Assembly: GCA_964187785.1 (NCBI GenBank)
Contig: OZ076409.1
Span: 92,506,001 to 92,570,000, forward strand
Source: Amphiscolops sp. MND2022
Lineage: Eukaryota
Direction: 5' to 3'
Length of the DNA stretch: 64,000 nt
Shown here: in pieces, positions 11,617 through 24,100 of the stretch
Position numbering within the stretch: position 1 is the stretch's first letter
Layout of the letters: each line of letters begins with the position of its first letter
Program-made: the position numbers and the translations under genes
Notes under the pieces: generated by a model
The model's input: the letters and a program-made list of their open reading frames with translations, nothing else
Told to the model about the DNA's origin: nothing
Databases searched by the model: none

Positions 11617-14572
11617 AGAAACAAAAACACCTATTTGGAGCACGTTGAAGAGGTGCTTGACAAAAATGGTAATGGCTTACAGATAGTATGTGGTGACTTC
11701 AATACTGATCTATTAAATGAAAGTCTCGGAGCGCGTGTTACGTTCGAGAACATGATGAACTTACAAGGACTTGATTTAGTGAGTCTTAGGGAACCCACCA
11801 GGGAAACAGCTACATCAAGCACATGTATAGATGCTATATACAGAAATTTTTCTGTTCAGCGGTCTCAGATACTAAAAACAACTTTTTCTGATCATTATAG
11901 CCTATATTTGGGTATGAATAGAACCTTGGAATTAGTAGAAATTTTTGAGTTTAGATCTCTGCAAAAATTAGAAGATCCACTATACTGTGAAAAATTCCTC
12001 TTTTTTCTGAGTCATTCTTTGAGTAAAATCAATGAACTGGATACACCTGCAGAAACATATCTTGATAAGATTGTTCAAACTCTTAGAGAGGCAACTGACA
12101 GATACTTTCCCCTTAGACAATTAAAAAGACGTGAACCCAAAAAATCTTGGATTACAAATCAAATTAAGAGACATATCGCTATCAAAGATAAACTTTATCA
12201 GTTATGGCTCAAAACAAAATCCGAAGAACACTATGAGAAATACAAAAAGAAACGAAACGAGGTTAACATGGAAATAAAAATTGCTGAACGAAATGACATT
12301 CAGTTCAAAATAGATCGAAGTAGCCCAAAGGAGTTTTTTAGATATATTAAAAGCATGAAAGGAGAAAACAGCCAGGTGAAAATTTCCAGTAAACTGTCTG
12401 CTGATGATTTCAGCAACTATTTCATCACTGCTTGCGATCAACAGAAAGTCATCCAGGTTACTGGCAAATGGATATATGATCAGGGGTATCAACCGCAAAC
12501 ACTTTTCTTCTATCGAGTTACTGAAATTGAAATAGCGAATCTAATTGCGACTTTGAAAAACAAAAATTCTGTAGGATCGGATGGTATTAGTTCAAAAATT
12601 TTGGAAACGGCTGCTCCAATCATAAGTTCATATTTGAAAACTGCATTCAATAAATGTATTGCAGAATGCGTTTTTCCAAGAAGTTTAAAAATTGCTAAAA
12701 TTATTCCAATTTTCAAAGCCGGTGATAGAAAACTGACCTCGAATTATAGACCAATTTCAAGTTTGGGAAATGTGTCAAAGATATTTGAGAAATTAATTTA
12801 TAAAAGATTGATGAACTATCTTGAAAAATTTTCAATTCTTTCAGATAATCAGTACGGATTCAGAAAAAAGAAAGATTCAATACAAGCAGCAACTTTTCTA
12901 TGGAAACAAATACAAGCAAATTGGAAAGCCAAAATGAAAACAAACTGTATTTTTGTGGACTTCAGAAAAGCGTTCGACTCAGTAGATCATGAAGTATTAC
13001 TACAAAAATTGTACCATATTGATGTTAGAGGTACCTACCATAAATTAATAGCAAATTATTTAGCTGAAAGGTTTCAATATGTGAGAAAAAATGATAAAAG
13101 CTCAGCTATGAAATCAATCAAACGCGGTGTCCCGCAAGGATCAATACTAGGTCCCTTATTATTTCTTATTTATATTGATGATCTCGGGGCAGATGAAAAC
13201 TGGCAGAGTGAAATCATAAAATACGCAGATGATACAGTTTTGATCGAAAAGCTAGATCATAAATCGCAGGATGGAAAGTTGCTTGAGTGCTGGATGTCTA
13301 GAAACGGTGTAGATTGTAACTACATGAAAACTAAGTTTACCGTTTTTGAGAAAAGATCAACTAAACATTCAAACATAGTAATTGGCGACCATGAAATTTC
13401 TTCTTGTGAATATTACAAATACCTGGGCTTACATCTCGACAAAAAACTCAATTTTGTGACCCATATCGAAAAAATTGTCTCTAAGCTAGCGAAGCATTGC
13501 GGCACACTGTACAAACTGAGAGAAACATTAAACAAAGGTCAATTAGTACAGTATATCCGATCTTATGTATTACCGATAGTTCATTATGGCGTTCTTTTGT
13601 ACGGATTGGGAGCGAAAACAAAGCTGCAGAAAATCCTACTAGTTCAAAAAAAATTAATTCGAATTGCCCTACGGCTTCCCCTTTGGGCCAGCGTTCTCGG
13701 AAAATTCAATGAACTGAAAATTGGAACTGTATTTGAATATCATATGTTTGAACTATTTAAGTTTGCACTGGCGCAAATCAGAAATGGTTTCCAGAATCTT
13801 ACCATTGGAATTCAACAGAGACATACAAGGAATGTAAGTTTTAATATTTGGAATTTTTCAGAAAAAAATGATATGCTAGACCAACGAGCAATAATACTGA
13901 TGAACGCATTACGCAAATGGGGTGTATTACCTTCAGATAAAATGATATGTGAAATGGATGATAAGCAGTTTGAAAAGTGGTATCACCAAACGTCGGATCT
14001 CTATATTTTTGGAAATGGGGAACTTACGAAGCTTATCTACAAGTAACCGAAAACTGGGGATGGTTCACTTCATCACAAGATCCAATGTTTCAAAAAATTG
14101 GATCATTAATTTTTGCTGACTATGAAAGGGCATGATGAAACCTCTGGAGGAATTTTGAACTATTTTTTTAGAACTCCATTGCAGCCAATAAACTTCCGGT
14201 TCTTGTTATCAAAAACTCGATCTCAAACTACTTTAGACACAAAAACAGGCTCCACATTGAGAAAGTTAGACGTTTAATTTTGTTAGTATAACCATACGTG
14301 AACAATCAAATATTGGATATTCCGGCTAGATAGAACTGATCAATTCATTAGAAGTGTATAAAATTTGAGTAACAGAAGTGAAATCTCTACCACACACACA
14401 AGAAAACAATTATTTTTGTTCCAATAATAAGGATCCCTCTTGAAAAGCCTAGTGCTTTTAGGGGTCCTTTTCAGGGGCTTCTATGTTAATTCTTTTTGTT
14501 TAATTTAATTTATTGCCTGTTATTTATGCCCTCTGATAAATTAAATTATTATTATTATTATTATTATTATAT
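11617..14572 (+). mobile_element. 5'-truncated non-LTR retrotransposon with 3' UTR stem-loop and (ATT)n tail
   Basis: ORF2, then ~500-bp UTR with hairpin AGGATCCCT..AAAAGC-CTAGT-GCTTTT-AGGGGTCCT (14430-14468) and (ATT)n at 14545-14572; 5' boundary approximate. Confidence 0.85.
11635..14046 (+). CDS. LINE ORF2 (partial AP endonuclease + reverse transcriptase), CR1/L2 group, 5'-truncated but uninterrupted
   Basis: CGDFN and SDH endonuclease motifs; NYRPIS, QYGFR, DFRKAFDSVDH, GVPQGSILGPLLF, YADD and YKYLG RT motifs in an 803-aa frame. Confidence 0.93.
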   Translation: MEHVEEVLDKNGNGLQIVCGDFNTDLLNESLGARVTFENMMNLQGLDLVSLREPTRETATSSTCIDAIYRNFSVQRSQILKTTFSDHYSLYLGMNRTLELVEIFEFRSLQKLEDPLYCEKFLFFLSHSLSKINELDTPAETYLDKIVQTLREATDRYFPLRQLKRREPKKSWITNQIKRHIAIKDKLYQLWLKTKSEEHYEKYKKKRNEVNMEIKIAERNDIQFKIDRSSPKEFFRYIKSMKGENSQVKISSKLSADDFSNYFITACDQQKVIQVTGKWIYDQGYQPQTLFFYRVTEIEIANLIATLKNKNSVGSDGISSKILETAAPIISSYLKTAFNKCIAECVFPRSLKIAKIIPIFKAGDRKLTSNYRPISSLGNVSKIFEKLIYKRLMNYLEKFSILSDNQYGFRKKKDSIQAATFLWKQIQANWKAKMKTNCIFVDFRKAFDSVDHEVLLQKLYHIDVRGTYHKLIANYLAERFQYVRKNDKSSAMKSIKRGVPQGSILGPLLFLIYIDDLGADENWQSEIIKYADDTVLIEKLDHKSQDGKLLECWMSRNGVDCNYMKTKFTVFEKRSTKHSNIVIGDHEISSCEYYKYLGLHLDKKLNFVTHIEKIVSKLAKHCGTLYKLRETLNKGQLVQYIRSYVLPIVHYGVLLYGLGAKTKLQKILLVQKKLIRIALRLPLWASVLGKFNELKIGTVFEYHMFELFKFALAQIRNGFQNLTIGIQQRHTRNVSFNIWNFSEKNDMLDQRAIILMNALRKWGVLPSDKMICEMDDKQFEKWYHQTSDLYIFGNGELTKLIYK

Positions 14573-14579
14573 TTTGATT

Positions 14580-15900
14580 CATTGGGTGAGCTTCAAAGAC
14601 TACCAAAGAGAATGGCATGCATATGCTCAGAAAATGTAATCAGAGTTGCATTAGATAAATTTCCGGTATTCAAAAAATCTGAAGTGGGGCTCTGTGTCCT
14701 CGAAAAATGCCGCTCTCGAACTGAAATCATCGAAAAAGAACAAAACTTGGAGAAAGTTTTTTTTTCTCGAACAATCTTAACAACGAAAAACCAGAGTGCC
14801 ATAAAACTCATCGACGGCCACCTCAGGCCTGTAAAACATCTCTTCCGAAATCGAAACAGCGCCAAACTGAGGAAGAAACATTTGTTGCAATGAAAATATT
14901 CACAAAAAGTCACAAAACACCCATAAAAGTTTTTGATCAGGTCGAGAATGATGTCTGATTATATATATCCCTTAAATAACAACTTGAAAGGTGAATTTCA
15001 ATGACAAAGCCATTAATTTGATGAGAAAATTCCTAACTGAATGTTATCAATTGGCCGAATTGACCTGCTGTAGTGCCGATCGGATGAAACTGTGCTAAGG
15101 TGTTTCACAAGAGACTGCTTTAAAGCTAAGAGGAATTCCGACCTCTTGAGTTCAATATCTACGTTAATGACATGCAGCAATAAGTATTGGAAAATTGTAA
15201 ACTTGTTCAAAGACTGATAATACAATCATTTTGCGTGCGATAGCCCTTTGAAGCATGCTCTATTTAATTGAACCAATTGAAAAACTACGAGTTATTTTGA
15301 GAATCATCAATTAACATTCAATGCAGACAAAACGGAAAATACATTTTTCTGCAAACCATCAGAAAGCGGGCTACCGTAGCTTGAAGGGTCATCATATTAT
15401 CAAAATGTTCACCAATGTGAAATATCTAGAAAGAGTTTCGGATCAAACTCTGAGCGTCCGAGACGAAGTCAAGAACATCCGTTTTGGAATGGCATTCGGT
15501 ACTAAAACCGTAAATCCCATTCGTGACTTTTTCCCCAAAAATGATTAGTAATGCTCAATGCTCAGGTAATTAAACGTTTCTTTTATCCAGCAATTATATT
15601 GAACAGAATCAACAAAAAATTGTTTTGACGGCACATGAATGAATTTGGTGGTTAAATGGAGCTTGTTTTGGATCTTCCGAACTCAATCGTTCATCACACA
15701 TGAAAAATTGACAAGTTTTTTGCCTTTTCGAGACAATGAATCATAAATTGAAGTTCTATTTTCACAAAAAAGTTCGAATTAGAAATTACCTAGTTCACAG
15801 TCTCATTTTGTTTTACGTTTCTAAAATTTTAGGTAGAATAATCAGTTAGACTAATACACTGCCTCATAAAATAGCTTGATGTAATTCAATTTATTCAGGC
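14580..15900 (+). pseudogene. Old, heavily degenerate CR1/L2-type RT remnant
   Basis: Fragments FNIYVNDMQQ (~15150), ENHQLTFNADKTE (~15300) and VKYLE..DQTLSVRDEVKNI (~15420), broken by stops and frameshifts; boundaries approximate. Confidence 0.65.
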
Positions 15901-16239
15901 ATTCATTACAGTGCTTTTTCAAAGCTGCATCAATTAGTGTAATGTTTTACAGAAAATGAAAATTACTTCTCTGTCGCAAGGCAATCCGTGCGAGATGTCC
16001 GGCGTGTAACACCGTTGACTCAGAATGCCCGAGGACGAAATGAACTGCAAATTCTTGAAAAGATTTACCAAACAGTTAAACAGTGGTGGATGAAAAAATC
16101 AAAGTCATTCCAAATCTCGTATTCAGCTCAAACAATATAAATGCAACTTCCTTCAACTTTGATATAATCTGGATTTGAAAAGTTCCAATAATCCATACTT
16201 TTTCTGTTTTCCTGCTACTGACATCTGGTCATTTTCGTG

Positions 16240-19200
16240 CATCGCTGATGATCGTCATCCGTACTTTATCTTTGAAATTGTGCCTTTTTGAAGCATCAGG
16301 GTACCTTTTCATTGCATCTAAACAAACTGCTCGACCAAGCAATCGCTATTGCATCATCTTTTCTCGGAAATGTTTCATCTGCTTTTTTTTATCCAACGGC
16401 CAAGTTCGTCTTGTAGCACCAGGTTCCTTATGATCACTAGTATTTCTTTTTCTAGTAGTTCTACTAGTAGATTTCCTTCGTTTCATTCTGACGGTTGTAT
16501 CAAATTTATCCGAAAGGTTTCCCTTGTCAAACAAAAGATCGTTCTCATAGTCGAATGTTCCGAGACTGTGTTTACTTCCCGAGGTTGAGGCCTTGGGTCT
16601 TCTGAGAGAACTGTCTGCGCTGTCACTGGACCTAGGTTGAGCTGTAGCTTCTTAGATTGCGCTTTGGTTATCCTTAACAAAAATAAATTCCGTTTGCTGA
16701 AATGAAATAAATCTCAGCTTTTACCTAACGAACTTTGTTGAATATGCGATACAAAAAGGAACGAAGTTTTCTGCCTGTTCAGCCAAGATCCGTACTCTAT
16801 GAGCTTAGTTGCTTATTAATAACAGTGTTTCCAAAATGCTTGACAGAGGAATGCTAGTTTCAACTGTTGACAATACGAACAGTCACGAACACGTTTCTGA
16901 GACCAAAAACTTTCGGAAATATTCGCAATTCAAATTATTCACTGAACGAACTCTAAAAACTACTCAGATCCAGAAAATTTTTTTGCAATTTCGGATGTTT
17001 TATCCGTTTTTCAATTTTTCCCCAAAACAAATTCATTCTTCGTTAAATGATATTTATTTCATTTTTATGTTATTGAGAGTTCTAATAAGAAACGCGACGT
17101 GATAGAAAACAGGTTTGTTTTACTTCAGTACACCAATGTGATCGAGATTAGATGTGTACTGTTTCGTTGGAATTATGATTCAAAAGAAACGGAACGTGAT
17201 TGAGATTTTATGTGTATTGCTTCGTTTGAAGTATGTTCAAAAAGAAACGCACGGTGATAAAAAATAGATTCGTATTGCTTCAGTAGAAGATTAATACGAA
17301 ACAAACGTAGAATAATCCGCATACAAGTGAAACGGTGTTGACTTTACTGTTTCACGAGGTATTCGGAAATTTTTATGATGCGTTATAAGATGAGTTATAA
17401 GAAGGTAACAAAAGAAAATTCTTTTAAGTTGATAACGGTCTCTGAATAGATTTGAATTTCATTTCTGTGTGCTATTTTGTAGTTTGACACAGAGGATCTG
17501 GTCTCTTCGAAAATTAAAGCTTTCCAGGTTCGCGAGATGGAGGAATAATTACTAAGTTCATTGCATTTGGCAAGTTCTGAAGCGATGGTCTTTAGGTTAC
17601 ATGGCGTTTCTTTTCAACCAATTCCCAATCAAATATCATTACAAATTAGCGATACATTTGCAGGTTTTCAATATAAATAGTAGTGAATATCAGTCTGTAA
17701 AGTTTCACAGGGTTTTATGTTTTTTTATGGGTGGTTTTTTGGTTTCTATAGTACAAATATAGCACTATATGCAACATTGTTGCGTGAATATTTTAAAAAC
17801 TGCAAACATCCAAACTAGTTGCCCAAAGTTATCGTTCTACAGTGTCTACGGTTGAATTGTGTCAGGGGCTTTTTATAGGCATCCTCGAGTTGACCACTGC
17901 CTTTATAGGCATCCTCGAGTTTTCTAACCTTTTGTAACAGTTTTGCAAGATTTACTTTATCAGTGTGCATTCTGTGATACTTGTCATGAACTCTTAAGTC
18001 ATGACCCAGACAATCAGTCCTCTGATACTGCAGAAGTTGAAAAAACTGTGCTGCAAGCGCCATATACTTTCGTTGCTTCGTTGACCCGAACAAAAGTTTG
18101 TTCGCCAGCTGAATTTCTTCAGCTAACTTTTTTAGGGCCTCAACGCTGCGGTAATGCATTCTGCCACCTTCTGCATGGAAGAAGTACGTTTCATTCTTCA
18201 AGTTTTACTCATTGGTCACGATAGCATAATTTGGAGTGTGTCCGGTTTTCTTCCCTTCCCATGAAGACAGAGGAGCGTGTAGACCTCTGCAAACTTTTGC
18301 GCTAGCTTTACGAGCTCGTTAACCGCTGTCTTTACTCGTTTGGAGGTGTAGTATCGTATCTCTTCATTTGATGTCGGAAACTTCACGGTCGCGCTTTTTG
18401 TTGAACCTAACAAGATCAGCTATCGCTTTCGCAGTTGGTTTTGTTTCGGCATAGTTATGCTTCATCAGTTCGAGGAGTTCTCGTACTTTTTTCCAATGCT
18501 TTGCCGGAACTTAATGATGTCGACTGTGAGAACAACCAGATGTATGCTCTCATTTTGCTCCGTGACCAACCTTTTAAAAAACAAGGTGATTAGTTTTGGG
18601 AAATAATACTCAACGATTTAGCAGCTAATTTGTCTCTTTGCACTCTCTTATAGCTGCACCTACCAACTCATGGTGAAAAAGAGGAAAATGCAGCAGCTGT
18701 TTTCAGAAGCAATTCCATTCTCACTCGATAGGATTCTGCAAACAAATGTCTGGACTGATTATTTCAATCAATTGCGAGCATTCCAGTTTCAGAACAAATT
18801 TGACCTTGACTCGCTTTCTGTCCTTGATCTGTTTGTAGCCTTCGTCTGATTTTCGCATGTTGAAATCAAATCCTCCATCAAACTCTTTAATGGGATCACT
18901 TTGTACAAATTCTGCAAGTGGATCACTTCTCAAAGTTTTATGAAGGAATTCGTGGAATGGTGTGTTAAGATTTGCTTTGACTTCAATCATCAACGCCAGG
19001 ATAGTACCTTCGAGGTTTTTGGTCTTTTCATCTTTATGGCTAGACTTGGCAACTCCCGTGCAGTCTGTGTTGTGCCGGTACATGGTTTTTCTAAGGATAA
19101 GTCAAGACAATCAGGGCCAAATGCATAGTTATCAATCGTCGGGTCCCTGGCCAAAATGAGCTTGTCAGTGAATCTATTGGCTCGTATGCATTTTTTGGAA

Positions 19201-19260
19201 ATCGCGAAAATATACTTGCTCTGACCTTCATATGTGATCAAGAGGTATGTTTGGTCTTTT
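16240..19260 (-). pseudogene. Degenerate tyrosine-recombinase gene (Crypton-like), interrupted at ~16700-17815
   Basis: In order across frameshifts: C..C/YRH...C motif, LVRFNKKRDREVS, HGKGRK, STKQRKYMA, LGHDLRVHDKYHR..VNLAKL, and C-terminal RRTWPLDKKKQM..HF; matches the recalled pattern of animal YR-transposon proteins. Confidence 0.6.
17088..17310. repeat. Degenerate ~58-bp tandem repeat (~4 units)
   Basis: Recurring AAGAAACG..GTGAT..A.ATT..ATGTGTATTGCTTC units. Confidence 0.6.
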
Positions 19261-20421
19261 TCTCTGTTCAGCTACCTCAAGTCGCATTCAGTTGTGTTGG
19301 TTTCCTCACAGTTTTCGAATTCCTCTCTCTAGGTTCATATGCCTAAGGTTACTGACGCGGAGCTTTCTTTGATGGAATGATTGCAAATGACGAGCTAATT
19401 TGGCGACCATCGTCGCATCTTGGATGTCTTATGATTCTAATGATGATTCTAATTCCTTTCTAATGATATATTCTTAATTACTACTCCCATCTCTAGTCTA
19501 CCTGTCTAGACTCTCCTGCACTGCTTTGAATTTAAATATATCTAATTTGTATTCATCACAAAATGTAACTGTAGAATCCTTTTCATTTATATCTCTCTAC
19601 ACAACAGAACTAAAAGTCTCATCACCTAGTTGTCACTATAACTAGATCTAATATTGCAGCTCTGTTAGCGTCTCTTAAAGTACTATCTCAAAGTAGAACT
19701 AGACTTTCTAAGATCGAACATCAAGCCAATAAAACACAAGTACTTTACTGGACAACAAACGTTTTAGATTTAAAGAGGTGATTTTTCTAAAAATTAAACT
19801 GTAACTTCCAAAAATTGACGTTATTAAACTCTGCATTTCATTTGAAAAGTCAAGATGCTACATTTTATGTCAATTGTCATTTTTTACCAAATCGGTTTGT
19901 TTCATGTTTTTTGTTTCCCGTCCAAACAAGGCCACTAGTGAAATCCAAATAAGAGCAGAAGTGGCCAAACATGACACAGCCACTTGGTAGTTGATCATGG
20001 ATAGACACTGCGCAAAGAAAGGTGCTAAGGCTGTCGCGACATCAGATAAAAGATGATAATTCCGACACATAGACTTCTCAAAGACGTCGGGAAAAGCTTG
20101 TTGACTATGAGAAAAGAGATAGATGCTGTGGCGCCTACAACATAGAAAACAACTTTGCCAACCTCAGAATTCATATAGACGAAAACTTTTAGCCAAAAAT
20201 GACCATTCGATAAAAGCCTGTTTCAAAGATTTGCTGCTTTTGTTCCATAGAACTTTCAACCAATCAGGAGGTCTGAAAACTTTTCAAACTGTACTGGCTC
20301 TCTGAATACTGGCTTTCAAAGCTTTTGTTCAAAAAACAGCAAAACCAATTTATGATTGTAGCGCAGGCCATCAGATTCATGGATTCGATTCAGTTTCGAA
20401 GATCCAAATCTTTATTTTGTT

Positions 20422-21164
20422 TGTGACGGCATCTTGTGATCAACGAAAATTTGACACCTATTCTGAAAAATCCGTTCAAAACTGACGTGGAACCTAACTA
20501 TGATTTTGACCAAGTACCTGTTAGCAGAAAGCGTAAAAAGGCAGGCAGAAAAATCGCTCTGCGAGAGAATTAGCAAAATCCTAGAGAGAACGAGAAGAAC
20601 GCACAAAGACACCAGAGGAACAGCTCAAGTTAGCAGAATCATCGGTGTTTTTCTGCTGAAATCATGGTTTTTGCTGCAGAACTGAACCGGAAAGAAAACA
20701 GCATAACAGCCTAAAGACTGTACCGTGCCCGGGGGTTGTGCCCAACTCGAGCGCTGCTGCCATGCCGCCCAAACACCCACTAATTTCACCTATCTGGAAT
20801 TCGTTATCATAATTTGTGTGCTTTTGTTGTGTATTTAATAATATGGTTGAGGATTATTTTCTAGTTTGTCGCATTTACTCAGATTCCCGCTGGAGAAATT
20901 CCGTTACTTACGACCTTGTTGTTTTTACGAGCTATCTACGCGGTGGTTGTGAGAAGGAAAAGCACAATGCTCGTGTTTCCTAGCAATTACAGACTGGTAT
21001 CAGGCAAGAGAGCGTCCCTTGAGACGGTTCCCCCTCCTAGGGACCGGCTATTCTTAGGAGGACAAAGTGAGCTGATATCATGGTGGTTTGTCCCGTACCA
21101 TATCCATGGTACGGGGTTCTCCACTCCAATGTCATGATAAAATCTCTTAGCGCTTGCCGTTACA
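20422..21164 (+). mobile_element. 5' LTR of Gypsy element A (743 bp)
   Basis: TGTGACGGCA...TGCCGTTACA inverted termini followed directly by TGG (PBS-like); 3' part resembles the solo LTRs at 2300 and 7649. Confidence 0.7.
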
Positions 21165-24100
21165 TGGAACATCGAGTTATCGAGATCAGAGTGATCGTCT
21201 TTGGGAAGCTTTCCTGCATGGTTCTCAAAAATCTGGCCCGCCGGTGTCCAGCGCCAAGTCAGTTTCGATTGTGCGGGAGAAAGCCAGAGTTTTGCTTCCT
21301 ATTTATTGACAGTATGTATTCTTGGGAGTTGGAACGTAATGGACCAAGAAAACCCCGGAACAAGCGCCTTTTCAGGTATGATAATGGCATTTTCGTGGAG
21401 AAAAACCAGTGAATGCATGTTTTGTGAGGTTGTTGTGTGTTAACCCATCAGCGGAAATGTGTTTTGCAGGTAGTGGTCACCGTAACACGTGGCTACGGGT
21501 GTTTAACAGGTATTTACAGCTATTTTCAGCTTTTTGAGCTATGCAAGACAGCCGCAGATGGATGGGAAGCCATACTCCACCAGAGCGACAGAAGGGCGAA
21601 ATGGAGTGTTGCAGTTCGTTGTACTCCGTTTCTCGAGGAGACGTCCGAGTGGGACGAATGTTGGTGGACAGCGAGTGAAAGTCTGTCTTGACGGTGCTAA
21701 TGGTCCTAATCACAAGTCTCTAGCTGGTCTGGATGTGGAGAAGTAGCGTGGCGAAGGCACGTCACGTCCCCTTTGACCAGAAGTGTCGCTCATTTGGGTC
21801 ATGGTTCGCGAAAGTTTTGAAATTGCACCTTTTTTCTTTTTTGTGGGAAATTGTTGGTGCAGGTCAGTGACATTTTTTGCAATGTAACGCCACCCTATGG
21901 AACGCTTCTTTCGAGAGAAGAAAACATATTTTTCGCAAAAGTAGCGATCTTTCGTGTTTTTCGGTGTTTTCTTTGGTTAGAGCACGAGTGCTCAGTAAGT
22001 GCAACGTAGCTTCGCAAAACTGGGACAAAAGTAGCCTTGAACCCTAAGGGACCCGGCAAAAAGCAGTATTGACCGTTCCTGCGGCTCTTTTAGGTGGAAA
22101 AGATGTGATTCTGCAGTGAAAAAGTGCGAAAGGCGGAGAAAAGGCCAAAAAATCACTTAAAACCACTGGTGCAATCAGGTGTAGAAGCTTGGGGAATCAA
22201 TATAATGTAGTTTTTTAGCAAAACACAACTCCAGGACACCGGAATTAACTTTTGTTGCGAGTTTAGCTGCTTTTGGAACCTCGGATAAGCGAAAACCTTG
22301 TAATTTTGGCTGTTTTGGGCGAATCTCGTGCGCTCTCATTTTCTGTTGTATAGTAAAAATAACGTCTGAGGGTAAAAATCCCACGTGAAAATTATTTTTC
22401 AGGGTTGAGAAAAGTGAAAAAACGCAGTGAAAATCACCTTTTTTACACAAAACCGGACTGTCTAATAGTTAGGGTCGGGTCACTGATTCCCGGTTACTAG
22501 CTAAAAAGTGGTTGTTTTTTCGCAACTATCACTAAAAATGAAAGTTAGTGCCGAAAAGTTGGTGAGCCTAGCGCTAACCAAAGTCGAAAGAAGCTCTCTG
22601 ACGTTTTGACCTCAGAAAAGCTAAAATTGCCAAAATTAAACAAAACTGTAAGGTCAATAGTGTCTCATACCTAACAGGCACGGCTAATTGAGGTCTTGTA
22701 GCAGTGCTGCGACCAGAGGGGCAGAACGTTGACCTTATTCCGCCTGCCGTAACATTTGTAGTGCCGACCATCTTAGCCAATTTGTGAAAAAAGTGTCAAA
22801 AAAGAGTGTTTTTGCTGAGATTCGGAACCCCATTCGGAATCCCAGGAAAGCTCGCGGGCTTCCATCGGACCACTGAACCAGCATTGTGGGTGCCCATTGT
22901 CAGCGCCTACTAATTTTCGTGCCAATCGGGGCCGCATTGAGTGAGAAATTGACGAAAACGCGTTACACGAAAAGAGGTGGAAGAAAGACCAATTTTGCGA
23001 AAAAATATTGGAGGTGCTCGGACACCTTAGTCGGAAAATGGGAAATAATTGCCATCCACCATCGTAAATTGTGCTGGTTGGGAAAGTGATAGCGCAGAAA
23101 TCTAACCGCTAATTTTTACCGCTGTGTAGAAATTGCGAGATAGGCGAGCATTTTGACTTGTACTGACATTTGTGAGAACCGCACGTCTGTACCCAGGCGA
23201 AACAGTGCACAGGCCTCGGAACCTAACTCGGTGCTCAGTTCCGTGTACCTACATGTGTGCCGGATTCACGGGCCGGTTTTGAGACAGATATGACCCTTGA
23301 TAGTACCTGTTAGCAGAAAGCGTAAAAAGGCAGGTAGAAAAATCGCTCTGCGAGAGAATTAGCAAAATCCTAGAGAGAACGAGAAGAACGCACAAAGACA
23401 CCAGAGGAACAGCTCAAGTTAGCAGAATCATTGGTGTTTTTCTGCTGAAATCATGGTTTTTGCTGCAGAACTGAACCGGAAAGAAAACAGCATAACAGCC
23501 TAAAGACTGTACCGTGCCCGGGGGTTGTGCCCAACTCGAGCGCTGCTGCCATGCCGCCCAAACACCCACTAATTTCACCTATCTGGAATTCGTTATCATA
23601 ATTTGTGTGCTTTTGTTGTGTATTTAATAATATGGTTGAGGATTATTTTCTAGTTTGTCGCATTTACTCAGATTCCCGCTGGAGAAATTCCGTTACATAC
23701 GACCTTGTTGTTTTTACGAGCTATCTACGCGGTGGTTGTGAGAAGGAAAAGCACAATGCTCGTGTTTCCTAGCAATTACAGACTGGTATCAGGCCAGAGA
23801 GCGTCCCTTGAGACGGTTCCCCCTCCTAGGGACCGGCTATTCTTAGGAGGACAAAGTGAGCTGATATCATGGTGGTTTGTCCCGTACCATATCCATGGTA
23901 CGGGGTTCTCCACTCCAATGTCATGATAAAATCTCTTAGCGCTTGCCGTTACATGGAACATCGAGTTATCGAGATCAGAGTGATCGTCTTTGGGAAGCTT
24001 TCCTGCATGGTTCTCAAAAATCTGGCCCGCCGGTGTCCAGCGCCAAGTCAGTTTCGATTGTGCGGGAGAAAGCCAGAGTTTTGCTTCCTATTTATTGACA

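Noticed and set aside
17088..17310. CRISPR-like repeat array
   Set aside because: Degenerate tandem units without unique spacers; eukaryotic context, no cas genes
19293..19757. Possible solo LTR (TG...ACAACA, TATA-like, AATAAA)
   Set aside because: No TSD and no second copy in the window
19980..20400. Very decayed LINE RT remnant on the minus strand
   Set aside because: Only faint motif echoes; not supportable without a search
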